From: Setoptus koraiensis
Lineage: Eukaryota; Animalia; Arthropoda
Assembly: GCA_048013815.1 (NCBI GenBank)
Contig: CM106585.1
Span: 23,002,001 to 23,066,000, forward strand
Direction of reading: 5' to 3'
DNA length: 64,000 bases
The position numbers and the translations under genes were made by a program. Of this stretch, positions 49,567 to 62,600 are shown piece by piece. Under the pieces are notes generated by a model that saw only the letters and a program-made list of their open reading frames with translations, searched no databases and had not been told where the DNA came from. Each line of letters begins with the position of its first letter. Within the stretch, counting starts at the first letter, position 1.

Positions 49567-52500
49567 CAAGCGAATGGGGGCGTCCACTGTCCAATTAAGT
49601 CACTCCTACTAATATTTTGCAGCAGCAACTAACTGACCGCTGGTCAGTTCAGGTGATGCGCTCAACAAGCGCTAGCGACTGCACAATGAGCTGCTGCTGC
49701 TGCTGTTGCTAGACTCTAGGAGGAGTCTAACGGTGGCGTTAAATGGCGCGCAACAGGTGCCAGCTAGCCGTGCGGCCAGTGGCAGGCCGAAGCTAATAGC
49801 TGGTAGCTATTAGCTAGTGATGGCGCGGTGCTGAGTGATCAGCTGAAGCGGCCAGCCGGCAAATATTGCGTAATAATAATAATGATAAAAATATTGGCCG
49901 CAGTTTGAACTGATTATATTGGCCAGTGAGAGGGAGAGAGAGAGAGAGTGGCCTATCATCGTATTGTAATTGATAGCTTAATTCATCAAAGCTGCAACTC
50001 ATCGGACTGTCCGACTGTCTGACTGTTTTCGTCGTGGAATCATGCGCTTTAGATTGATTGGTGGCTATTTTTTGGCCAACACAATTGGCAAGCCATTCAT
50101 TCATTATTTATTTATTTGGCCATATCGCCGTTTTATCGTTTTGTGTCGGATCGTGCATGCACGACTAACTCAATAATAGCGCTAGACGCAATAATAGTGC
50201 CAGACGCAAATAATATTAATAGACAAAGACAGAAGAAAGTGATTACAAGCGTGTCCATTGTTGGCTCAACAATCGGACAGATATAATATCACTGATATTA
50301 CTGATCGGCGGCATTATCGGGCCGCAACGGCATCCCAGGTATTACATGTATGGCGATCGAGGCCGACCAGTGAAATGAATCATTCATTTTGGATTGCAAT
50401 GAGCGATTCATTTGAATGACAGATTGACAAATGTGAGTCACAACGAAGATTCATCACTCGCCGTTTGTTGAGCTCGAAACCATTGAATCAATAGACAAAC
50501 GATCGGACCAGATGCGATGGGATCGATTCGGAATGATAATCCGGCGCTCATTCTAATGCAATTTTCGTTTCAGAATTGTTCGTCCCAGATTCAGCGAAGC
50601 CAAAATCATGCACTCGCAACGGGGCCCCCGAATAAAAGAAGGCGTGCGTTCATTTATATTTATATATATATATGCGCGCTGTTTATATATGTTTATTTGT
50701 TTATTCGTTATCGACGCTAACTTGTACAACATGTGCGCATACTTATATAATATATTATGTTATATAACAAACTTGTGTGTGGATATTTATATAAGCATTT
50801 ATATAAACGGCGCCGGTCGGCGATAACAACGCTTTGAGTCAGACGACGGTTCGGCAGAAAAACTCACCGGTTATGTATGATAAAACGCACACGGATAATA
50901 ATAATAATAATCAAACGCCTTATTAGCCGGCGCTGTGTTATGTGTTAAATGTAACGTAATGTAATGTAAGGTATGCTTAAAAACAGTGCCGTTCTCTCGA
51001 GCCGAATGCGTTCTCGCGAGCCGAATCCGCTCTCGCGAGAAGCCGAATGCGAGCCAGCGCAGCCATGCATTCGAGCGAGCCAGCCGGCCAGAGCAATGCG
51101 AGAGATGAATGGTTGCAGTTGGTCATTTCCTAGCAGCGGCATCAAAAGAATTCATCACTCTTGTTGTTGTTGTCCATTTCTTTTCTATCGATGGCTGCCA
51201 GCTCGACGGCTGGCTTATCGGCCGGCTCGTCGGTTGGCTCGTCGGTTGGCTCGTCGTTGGGCGAGCTTCTCCGCTGGCGAGCTCCTTGGCCGACCGGCTA
51301 ATCTGGCCCGGCTCATTGCATCACAATTCATCAGAGGCAGCAACTTAAAACTGTTCACTTGCATGTAGGCAGACGGGACAGGCAGCCGGCCAGTGGCAGT
51401 AGTTACAAAGTTTAAGCTTTAAATGGTGCCAGAAATCCATTAAATCTGCTCATTAGACTTAGAACTTCTTCATTATATAAGGTTGTAACACACAGGCCGG
51501 CGTAAGCCGGTGATTGGCCAGCGCCTGGTCTTGCCAAACTGACAGCCCCTAGATAGATAGTGCAACGACCATAGATTAATGTCTCTATCAGCTCACTAAC
51601 TAGGAACTGGGCGCACTGGCGACGCGGCCAACCGGCCGCCGACCGACCGACCGGCCGACGTACGCCACCAAAACGGCGCGTCTGGTGCATGAGTTAATCC
51701 GGGCCGCCGACGCTCGAGCCGGCCGGGCCAGCGGAGCCGGTCGCGGCTCCCCATTCGGCGGATTCGGCCGCACTCAAAATGCCAAAATGGGGCCGGGCGG
51801 CAGCACACTGACAGAGCTTGTTGTTGTTGCGGGCTTGCAGTTCGTGGATCGGCCCGAGTCGCCGGTGGCTCCAGCGGCCAGCGCATTTGTGCGGCCGGCC
51901 GATTTGTGCTGAGGATTTTCCTTTTTCTCTGGCGATCTCTTTTTTGCCGCTCGCTGTCCGCCCAGCCGCCAGTTGCCTCATCGCCATTGCTCATCATCGG
52001 CGCCAACACAAACCAAGCGGCGCCAACCCGACGACCAGCCAGCAAGCGGCCACAAAACCGGCAAAAACTGACGCTGTTTTGTCCGAATAAATTGTGTGTG
52101 CGTTTGCTAAATTGCTAATTAATCAACTGTTTCTTTTTCTTCACTTGTACTTGTGTGTTACGCAACTGTAGTACGGTCACTATAGTGACTCTCTCGCTAG
52201 CTCGCTCGTTGTTATTTGTCGCACAATTAGCGCACCCCAAACACAGGGCCAGCTCTCACAGGGCAACTGGCCACTGTGTTGGCTCAACTTTGTAGCTCTC
52301 ACAGCGACCATTGTAGCAACATCAAGCGACAATAACGACAGCGGCCGAATCATTAATCACGCCCTCGGACCGAGCGAGCTATTTTGACACTTGCAACAGG
52401 TGAATTTATTATTGGCGCTCTCACACAAGCTCTCACAAGCCTCCCATCCGAACATTCGAACATTCGAACATGCAGACGTCCAAACATTCGAGCCGTTCGC

Positions 52501-52980
52501 AAGTCGGTAGTCGCATTTGTTTTTGTTTGTTTATCCCTTCGCTTCTTCACCTGTCCGGCGCCGCTTGTTCGCTGGTCGTTGGCTGTCCGGCGAGCCAATT
52601 CTTTGCCAATCTCTCCTCTCGCCGGCCGCTCCGACAAACCGGGCTGGCGTGTGCGGATCCCTCTATCGCAGTTTAACGCGCATTAATCTGCAGCGTGGGC
52701 GCGGCGCCCCAGATGCGCCACTGTCAGCAGCCAGTGAAGACAGGTGCAGAGGGCGAGCCTTTGTTCGCACAGCAACAACAACGCCAACAACAACAACAGC
52801 AGCAGCAACAACAACAACATTGCCGCTCGTCGGCTTATTACGCCTAATTGGTGTCGGACCGTCGTTTCTCACAGGCTATCTCTCTGTAATATCTTGCGTC
52901 GGCCCAAACGAACCAGCGCAAGCATAAACAAAGAAGCAGCGACTGGCGGCCAATTATTGCAGCTTTTTCTCGTTTTCTCG

Positions 52981-53048
52981 ATTCTCTAAATTCTCTAAAT
53001 TCTCTAAATTCTTTCAATTCTCTCAATTCTCTCAATTCTCGCGATTCT
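52981..53048. repeat. 9-bp tandem repeat ATTCTCT(A/C)A, about 7 copies
   Basis: Direct inspection; it produces the spurious RELREF ORF. Confidence 0.85.
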
Positions 53049-53333
53049 TTTCCGTTCTTTTTCTCCGTTTCGCCAGTTTCTTCAGTTTGGCCATTTTCTC
53101 CATTGCTCCGTTTTCTTGGTCTTGCTCATCTTCGCTGGAAGATGCTCAGCATTCGTGCGACCGACGGTGCTCAGTGCTCGAGTTGATTCGTTTGGTCTCT
53201 GATGCAATATCCACTGACCGCTGTTTGGGCCAATGCTGATAATGCAGTCAATGTTTATTTTTCTTCAATCTTCAAACGACCACGATGACCATGCTAATCA
53301 CTCACTAAACAACAAGTGAGTTAGTTAGTCTTG

Positions 53334-53471
53334 TTAGGGATTCATTAGTTGAGAGACTAACGCAACTCGCATGATGCTTGCAATGACGAGCAGCATGACG
53401 ATGATGAGATATGTTTGTGTTTGCCCGACATGACAAGCAGCGCCACCATTAACCGGCATTCGCCGGTTCAT
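53334..53471 (-). CDS. 45-aa small ORF with hydrophobic helix (MNRRMPVNGGAACHVGQTQTYLIIVMLLVIASIMRVALVSQLMNP)
   Basis: Strong Kozak GCACCATG, 64 nt downstream of the predicted TSS; too short for the ORF track. Confidence 0.35.
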   Translation of the reverse strand: MNRRMPVNGGAACHVGQTQTYLIIVMLLVIASIMRVALVSQLMNP

Positions 53472-53532
53472 GGTGCCGCCAAATGGCAGCTCTGGCAAGC
53501 TCTATAGTCACTGTTGAGAGAGTGGCTTGTCG

Positions 53533-53635
53533 ACTGGTCACAACGAGCCCGAGTTCATATTTATATGTATTGACGCAATGTGAGAGAGTTGCGCAAGCCA
53601 ATGGTTAATTTATTCCATCATCATCTATTACGTAA
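53533..53635 (-). promoter_or_regulatory. TATA(-30)/Inr core promoter with proximal bZIP sites
   Basis: Minus-strand TATAAA at 53565-53560; CCAGTC Inr with A at 53535; TGACGCAA 53571, TTGCGCAA 53589, TTACGTAA 53628; GTGAGT donor at 53305. Confidence 0.55.
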
Positions 53636-55764
53636 CAACTGGTGCAGCAATAATGGCAGCATCCTTTGTCTATTGTTGCTGTTGCTGGCCAGTTATTGTT
53701 GCAACAACGAGACACAAGACAACTATTTAAAGCACAACAACGACAACAACAGCAACAACAGCAACAACAGCAACAACAGCAACAACAGCAACAACAGCAA
53801 CAACAACAACAACGACAACAACGGCAACAGCAACAACTTATTATTGGGCTGTATTCACCTGTGAATAGCTAAACACATGAACGGTGGACGAGAGTGATTG
53901 ATTGATTAGAGCGCGTGTCTAGTCCGTTACCATGGCATTGTTACTGTATCATTATTGTTGTGAGCTCCATGAATACTGGCTTCATTATCATATATCTGGA
54001 TACAGTTGCCTGGATTATGTTGGCATGGCAACGCCATACTGTTACACACTGTTACAGACAATCAACACATGAGAATCTTTCGTGATGAGCTCAATGAGTC
54101 AATGAGTCGTCGTCACATTTATCGCACTCTCCATTTGCGCACTGGTCAGTCTAGACTGTCCAGTCTGCACTGTGCGGTTGAGGTGAGAAGAATGAGGAAG
54201 TGATTACGTTGAACAACGATTCTCGGGGTGTCTTGCGCCGTTCTGGCGACTGGACGGATAAAATTATTACCTTGTTATTGGCGTGCACTTGCCAGCAGCA
54301 ACACTTGAAAATAACGCGCCTCGCTCAATGACCAACAATATAAACGAATTTGATTAGCGGCGATCATTTTGATTGGATTTGTGGCGGCTTCTGTGCCGTT
54401 GCTTTCGCTTAATTTCGCTCTAGCTCGCTCCATCTCGCTTCATCGCGCCTCATTTCGCTCCATCCGTCAGCCGGCTCGGTAGCAATAGTGAGCCGGTGCG
54501 CAAGTGACCATTACGGCCACTCGGAATGCCACTATCCACTTTACTCCGACATGCACTGTCCGGCACAAGCTAAACAGCAACATCCACCACTCGGGCCAAT
54601 GTGATGAGAGTGGGCATCAATCATGACTGGCGCTCATGATTGGCCTGCGCGCTGTTGCCAGTGTGCGAGCGAAAATAAAACGAAACGAAACGAAATAAAA
54701 CGAAATGAAATGGAAGATGATGAATTAATTAAAAGTGATTAGTAGTAGACACATGATTGCCATTTGCTGTTGCTGTTGCCGTTGCTGCTGCCGTTGTTAT
54801 TTTGCAATGCAACAAGCAACCAAATCTAATGTTGTTCTCCAATGTTGTTGTTGTTGTTGTTGTTGTTGCTGTTGTTGTTGTTGTTGCTGTTGGACTGCAA
54901 CGACCCAAACAACAACAACAGCAACTCTTCTATCACCACACTCTGACGAGACAACGTGACGATGACGTAAGCATGCCGGCCAAATAATCTCTTCAAGTCA
55001 GCGGTGCAATTGTCAGGCGCAGTCAGCTGTTGCATGATGATCATTGCATGAGTATGATGGTGAAAATAAATGAGAGTTAACAAGAGTTAAATGAAGGTGT
55101 TGCAAATCATTGCTCATGTGACTTGATGATGATGACGATGATGATGCAATCATTGCCAGTCGATGCAAGTCGATATTTACAGCGCGCCGATAGATAATTT
55201 ATAGATGGTTTATAATTTATAGATAGATTAGTTTCACCGCATCGCAAATATAATAATAATAATAATAAACGAGCGACAAAACAAGGAAGCTCACACTTGT
55301 TGATGGCATGGCGATGATGCTGACGACGACGATGATGATGATATAACCGTTATTTGCTTTGATCTATTGAACCATTGCAACAACTTTCGCGCTACGCTAA
55401 CCACCAACCAACCAACACCAAACAAGCAAACAGCCAAACAACCCAACAACCAAACAACCAAACAACCGAACGAGCAAACAAGCAAATAAAAGATAAGGCA
55501 CAAAAGGCAAGTTTGAGTGTTATATCGATTTGGCTAAAATTGATAAGCTCACTTTGGTTGATTAGTGCATGCAAATGGCAAATGGCGCCTGAGTGAGCAT
55601 GATGCAAACGGTTCAAATGAAATTGGTTCAACCCAACTAATCGATGCAAATCAGCGCGATTCTTCATTGGCTCTCGTTGTTTGTTGTGTGCGTTTGCAAT
55701 TGATTCTTGGCCAGACTCTGGCCGCCAGAGTGATTATTATTACAACATACAAACAAATGAATCT

Positions 55765-55806
55765 CTGGCGACTGGCGACTGGCGACTGGCGACTGGCGAC
55801 TGGCGA
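55765..55806. repeat. (CTGGCGA)6 heptamer repeat
   Basis: Direct inspection. Confidence 0.95.
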
Positions 55807-58616
55807 CTCGAGACTCGAGTCCGGCAACAAGTGACGACCGAATCTATTTCGAATTGGCAAGATCGCCGCAAGCCGCCACAAGCCAGCACATGGCCATTGA
55901 ACACAAGCGTTGCTTTCACTTTGCTGTGGTCGGCAGGTGACAACAGGTAATAGGTCTGGCATGTCTGGCCAGTTTATTGTTGTTTGTCTGGCTTGGTTAA
56001 ATGAACATGAATAAATTAATATGACCGACTGGCCAACTAATTAGGTGGAGAGATTGGCAAGTCGCCACAACAGCAACAACAACAACAGCATCATCAACAT
56101 CATCAACAACAACAACAACAACAAATAAACTAACCGATAGTCTATCTGAGATAGAGCAACAGTAAAGCAACAGATGATGCCAGCGTGTGTGTCAAGTTGG
56201 TTAGATCGAGGTGAGCAGCGAGCGAGTGCCACTGGCCAACTAACAATTAGCTATGCGTGATCTCATTCGCTATTTGCAATCATGTTGCACAACTCATATA
56301 ACTCGGCCCGGCAATGAGCAATGCGCCGAGAGAGCAATGAGTTAGTAGACGACGAGACACAGATAATGAGCACGATGATGATTACATCACCTCACCTGTG
56401 TGTGTGTCTAGACTAATATCCGTTGGGCTGACTGTCGGACAGCCACTACTGGCCCGATGCACGCACTTAACTCGTTGTCCGCTGTATATACTCTCACACA
56501 CACACACACACACTCATATATACTCATATATACTCTCATATATGCTCTCTACCTGTTCTCTACCTGTTCCAAACCGTGTAGACCATTTCGCCAAGACCAT
56601 TCCGTCAAGACCATACCGCATAGACTATACCGTGTAGACTATACCATACTGTGCACACTATACATGGACACGAACCGACTGGTCTTACCAGCACAATGGT
56701 ACCTATGAAGCTAACCGATGTTTGTAAGATCACAGTTTGTTCAGACAAACTGTTGATCATAAAATGGATGACGCAATAATGCCAACAGTCGCTGGTTGTT
56801 GTTGCTGTCGTTATTGCGTCATCCGCGGTTGGTCAGTCGCTTGTTAGTTGGTTGTCAAAGAAGCTAAAAATCACTTGTCGTGTGTGTGTGTGTGTGCTAC
56901 TCAACACCCCATCGATATCTCAGGTGATTGCGAGTGATCTAGTGCCATTAGTCGTGGCCTTTGGGCACTTCAGTTTAGTTGTTAACTCTGGTAACAAACT
57001 CCGGTCGCCAACTGACTCTAGTTATCAACTAGTCAGCAACTGGCCAGCAACTGGCCAGCGACTGGCCACTGGCGAGCCAGCCAATGAGAGAGAGAGAGAG
57101 AATTGGAGCACATTGGCGCCGGCGAACGCTAATCAATCTACCTGTTGTTGGGTTGCTGTTGGCGTGGTTGTTGCTGGTGTCGGTGTTGCTGTTGCTGTTG
57201 TTGTTGTTGTGCCGCTTGGCATGCCCAATAACCGATGGCGCTCCAAATCGAGCACGCTCGACATGAAATCAATTCGACGGCCACGCCAAGACAGCGACCA
57301 CATGACAGCGACGCCGATAAGAATCTAGTGTGGCGTTAATGAGACTCATTAGCCACTTGTTTGCTGCCACTTGTTGTTGGCGCAACGGTCGGTGCCGTTA
57401 ACGGTTAATGCTGCCTTGTCGACTGGCTTGTCGGTGTGAGAATTGGTTGCGCTGCCGAAGCGTCCAACGGTGCCGTTTGGCCGGCCCGTTGGCGCTATGC
57501 GCCGCTGTTTACAAGTGGCAATAACAATTTGTTATTGGTTTCCATCAGCTGTCGGCTGGTTCACCTGTGTTCGAGCTGTTGTTTACGCTTTCGCTGGCGC
57601 TGTCATGAGCCCGCTGCCGCCGCCGCCATGGGGCCGCGCAACGGCGCTAGCGGCAAGCGACGGAACGAATCGCAACGGAACAAACAACAGGCAGCACGAC
57701 GAAACTGATCTCATTAAGCCGGCCAACTCATCAGGCTTGCGCAACAAGACAGCAGCAACATGGCGTGCCAACAGCAACACCAACTGACACTGGCCAGCAG
57801 CGGACACTGGCCACTGACAGCGACACCAGCCACTGACACTAGCCAGCTGACTGGCAAGCGATAGAGTGATGGAGTAATGTGCTGGCCAAACAAGGAGAAA
57901 AGAATAAATCGCATGCTGCCACGCTAAATGATGAGACGCTAATTGACCGTTACTTTTTACACAGTGCTCATAATTGTGATTATTTTTTCATTTTTATTTT
58001 TTATTTGCTATCCTCTCTGCGTCTCGTTTGCGACCATTCCCATCATGGCGTCAATATTACTCTCACAGCGACGCCGATAAGACTCGCAGCGACACGGCCA
58101 CTCGGGCCAATATCTGAGATATCTGAGATATCTGACAAGAGGCACGCAATTCGTTTTGTTGATGCTGACGGTTGCGTTCTTGCGCCATCCCTCAAATTGC
58201 TTCGGACGGCGCCGTTGCCGGCGCTGATGCGATGAGATCTAATTTGATCGCATCATCGTCTCATTACATTTCGTCTAATCCCCGACGAGCGGCCTTTCCG
58301 CAGCGCAGTAATTGCCTCTCCGACCGTTATGGCTGTGGCCGCCGGCCGCTCCAAATCGCGCCCGATTTGATCCGATTGGGCCATTTGTGCGCCTCTCAAC
58401 GCGGCGCCTCGCGCTCAATCTCAACTGCCAATTGTGAGCCGCATCCCCTCGAATGGCGAGAGAGCCCTCATTTCACTTATTTCACTCATTTCACTCATTT
58501 CACAGCCTCGGTGCGTCGCCTCTTGTGAGCAAACAGTTGGGTGCCTCGGCGGCCGCAACCGTAACGGCGGTCGGAGTAACGGCCGCTCGGTCAGCCAGTC
58601 GCCGGCTCACATTGGC

Positions 58617-58676
58617 GGACGGGCTCAGAGGACGGGCTCAGAGGACGGGCTCAGAGGACGGGCTCAGAGGACGGGC
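58617..58676. repeat. 13-bp tandem repeat GGACGGGCTCAGA x4.6
   Basis: Direct inspection. Confidence 0.95.
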
Positions 58677-59117
58677 GCGCATTCGCAAACGGTGGCGAAT
58701 CATTTAATAATAATGATTCGCAAATGATGCCACACTGACCCGTTGATACCCGCGATTATTGTGAGCCTTGTGACTCTCAAGTTGTGAGGGAGTTTAAATA
58801 ATTTCTTGGCTTCCATGCCGTTTCAGGCCATTCGTTTCTAGTGACTGGAGTGTTAGCAGGCCGTTTGCTCGTCGCGCTCATTGGTTGTTGCGCAAGTAAC
58901 GGCGCAACAAGCCGAGTAATCGAGCTTTACAGTTTGAGTTACTCACTGTATTATTGTTGAGAATAATACAGTAATCGCCGGCGCAATTGAAAATAGATAC
59001 GCTCACGCGAGATTTTGCGTGCCAAAACAAACAACGCGCTTTCAATCACTCGCCACCTGTTGCTTTCTCCCGTTGCCTACCTGCATTTACCTGTTGTGTT
59101 GTATCTACCTGTTGCAT

Positions 59118-59172
59118 ACTGACCATATACTGACCATACACTGACCATACACTGACCATACACTGACCGTAT
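59118..59172. repeat. 11-bp tandem repeat ACTGACCATA(C/T) x5
   Basis: Direct inspection. Confidence 0.9.
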
Positions 59173-59574
59173 GCTGAGCATTCATGATATGAGCCGGCCA
59201 TGTGAGCCTCTTTAGCCTCATCTTGGCTACCTTGCCAAGCATCGAGCTTATCAGGCATCGAGCATCGGCACAACAAGCAATGGCAAGTGAAGCGAATCAA
59301 AACGAACCAAATCAAGCGAGCTGTGTGCTATCGAGCAACAATAATCGCATCATGTCTAATAAGCCCGGTTATGTAATGATGATCTGAAAGCAGCAACATT
59401 AATCTAACCTCGCAGCTCGCCGCTCCATCTCATGCTAATGCCATTATCTTTTGTTGTTTGCTTCTATTGCTTCTTTTCTCTCCCTATGTTACGTAATATG
59501 TAATTTCTCTCCCTCTCTCTCTCTTTTCGGGCTCTCACTGGCAAAAGTGCAAGGAATTGCATTAACACAGTGGC

Positions 59575-59605
<31 letters not shown>

Positions 59606-62600
59606 ACATACGCTCGGGTAATGGGTATCAATCGGCCAGTGCCAAGTATTATCTCTACATGAGGCACTCACTGGTTGCTTACCAAAGTTTGCTATCTAAT
59701 CTGGTAGTAACTCTATTAAGTTTGTGTGCTGATTGAATTGATATATAGCGGCAAGCTCATTGAATCTCATTCCTATTTCATCAAGAATAATGGCCAAATC
59801 ATGTAATGTAGTAGCGATCATGATGATTAGGCCACTAGTAGCAGCCATGATAATCAGTTGAGCCATACACGTAACACAACATCAATTGTACAAATTACGC
59901 CGAGTACAGTACAGGTATATTTGAGTGATACAACAACATAATCTCTTTATGTATAATTTATTATTATATCATATAATACTTTATATGTTATATTAACTTG
60001 TGTTAATATAACTTGGGCCAATCTAACATTGGCCGCAATTTTTGCCAGGGCGCCATCTATCGCAGCAAGCTGGCATCGACACAGTGGTCAAGCTAATGAT
60101 CGCCAATTTTGACAGTCACTCAGTGATGTTGTTGCAACTTGCAACAATGTCCAATATAATGTTATTCAGATTGAGATATACAAGTTGATCAATGATCATA
60201 TATCCATCGACTGACCATCTGTCTATCGAGTGATTGATCGATCAACAAATCCCAGGTGACAACCTATTAATTTCAGCGGCACACTTAATGATACAGTTAT
60301 AAATTTATCGCTATAACTAGCCTCATCCATCTATAAACAATATGAGGTGATAATATGATGAATCAAGTTGTTGTTGCACGCTAGTTGATCACGCCATAGA
60401 AACTATAGAAATGTTTGTCTAGTCCTCACAAGTTGTTGCTGTTGTTGTTGTTGTCGTTCATTGAACCCCACGGACACTCTCTCAAAGTGACTACAACCAC
60501 TATTCAGCCGTCTTCAATTTATCATATTGACCAACTTGATGCTGCCAACTTAGCCAACTGATTGCCAACAGCATGCACTGTTACTTACTTGTTACTTGCT
60601 TGAGCCAACTAAACCATCAAGTGAGTAAGTAATAATACTAAACTTATATTTATGTTTATATATCTAATCAAATACAAAATTGATACAAACAAACTTTCTA
60701 ATCCTTCTCTTCTCTTCTCTTCTTTTTGCTCTTTACCCTCTAAGTGTGTTGTTGCATCTATTCATCATTTGCAAGTTGCAACTGATGATGATAATCGACT
60801 CAAATGATCATCAACTTGCTCAGCTTTATTTGTTAATCAAATGTTTTTGTGCCGTTACCCTTCTAATATTAACACATCTATTCATGCAACATCATCTGTA
60901 TTTAACAACACAATACATGATTAGAATAGTTAATTCTTTTGTTCGTTCAATGTCTTGTGTTCATTAGTTTCATTTGTTCATTAATTTGTTCGTTTGTCCA
61001 GTTCATGTTCAGTGCCGAGAAACACTGTACAACAAGTTATCACAAGATCACCATCGTAATCTTCATTGATGATGCGATCATTTTAACTAGCACATATACA
61101 AATACCTAGGCTATACTCGTATCTCAATCGATTACTCACACACATACCTGTGTACCTCTTATACAATACACACAATCATTATTATTATTATGGATCGAAA
61201 ATAGTTGGCCTGCTCAATGGCCATTCAACATACAACAAGCAACGGTTTTTGATGGTGCATTCAATTCAACAAGGCGGCTACACATGACTTAACAGTATGT
61301 AACAAGTACAGTTATATATTTAAGTGATACATACACAGTGAAAGCCAACCTGCTGACTAGATACATTTACTTGAACTAATTATATATACAACGCCAACTC
61401 TCACCAACTAATTAATTAGATTATCAAGTCATTCTTAATTGAAATCATAATAATAATATCTTAGTTTGCATTTGTGAGCTAATTTGTGGGGTGTCTGGCC
61501 GAGGACAAGTATACATGATGATATGTTACTCGTTTGTGCTGCCTGCCGCTGTGTGCTATATCTGATATCCATCTCAGTTTTGTCACGTCACTAAATATAA
61601 AATAAAAAATATAAGATGTCTATTAATACATACTCCCAATCTTGAATTTAATTTATATGTCGCGCAATATATGTTTAGTTGCTGTTGTTGTTGCTTTTGC
61701 CGCCAACCCAATTGATTCATGAGCGATGAATGATTAAACAGAATAAGTGAGCTTGACGTAATGCTGAAGCAATGAAGAATAAAATAAAATATACTCTATA
61801 AACTTAGTGGCTGGTTGAGGTAGACATCAGTAGACATGAGTAAAACTGGTCTACTTTACCAGACAACTATCAACATTATACAGCTGGCCCATTTAGTTGT
61901 GGTTAAGTTGTCAACTGCAATCTTACAAGCCGATGATACTTACTTGATTATAGCGAATATTGACTCCAGTTGACGTTGTCTAGATGATTCCTTTTGGGCT
62001 CATGGTTATCATTTGCTATTACATTGTATACATATGCTGCACTATTGCTTCATACAATGCTTCAACAATCATATTACACATCAGTATAATGAATTCCTTC
62101 TTCACTGAGAGAGAGAGAGTCCTTAAATCGACAATGGCAAGATGATGTGCTTTCGAATCCGTCCATGACAATTTATAATGCATAATAGCGTCATATAACT
62201 AAATGGTTGTGGCTACCCTCTCTATGAATCTCATCTTTTAATTATTGCTCCCGGTCCAGTAGATCGGTGCAATCCTGAATCGCCCAGCAAGCGATACTAG
62301 CAAGCGATCAGCAATATCAATTATAATATCATGGCTATATCATGTTGATGTTGCATGGGTAGTCTTGAATATTTTGAAAAAGCAAAGATATTTCCGTAAT
62401 AATTATACCAAGTTAATACGAATTATACCAAAATAATTGATTGTTTCGGTGTCTGGTGGAATCGTAAGCCCATTAATACTCATACTAATAATCATGAAAT
62501 TAATCAGTCTAAATGTTTGCCCTGTAATGTTGCACTTCCAGTGTTGATAGGCAACTTTGGCTTCCGTTGTTTTATGTTGTATCTTGCATAAACGTTGATT

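Noticed and set aside
58617-58676. CRISPR-like appearance of short direct repeats
   Set aside because: No unique spacers, no cas genes, eukaryotic context; ordinary minisatellites.
41370-58910. Ovo/Shavenbaby-type CCGTTA sites
   Set aside because: About 16 by eye versus about 10 expected for a hexamer on both strands; not convincingly enriched.
39200-59700. Dozens of 60-165-aa ORFs in the GC-rich region
   Set aside because: They overlap on both strands, follow simple repeats, show no domain motifs, and GC-rich DNA has few stops.
61354-61375. miR-279-family-like start TGACTAGAT
   Set aside because: The flanks do not fold into a pre-miRNA hairpin with it.
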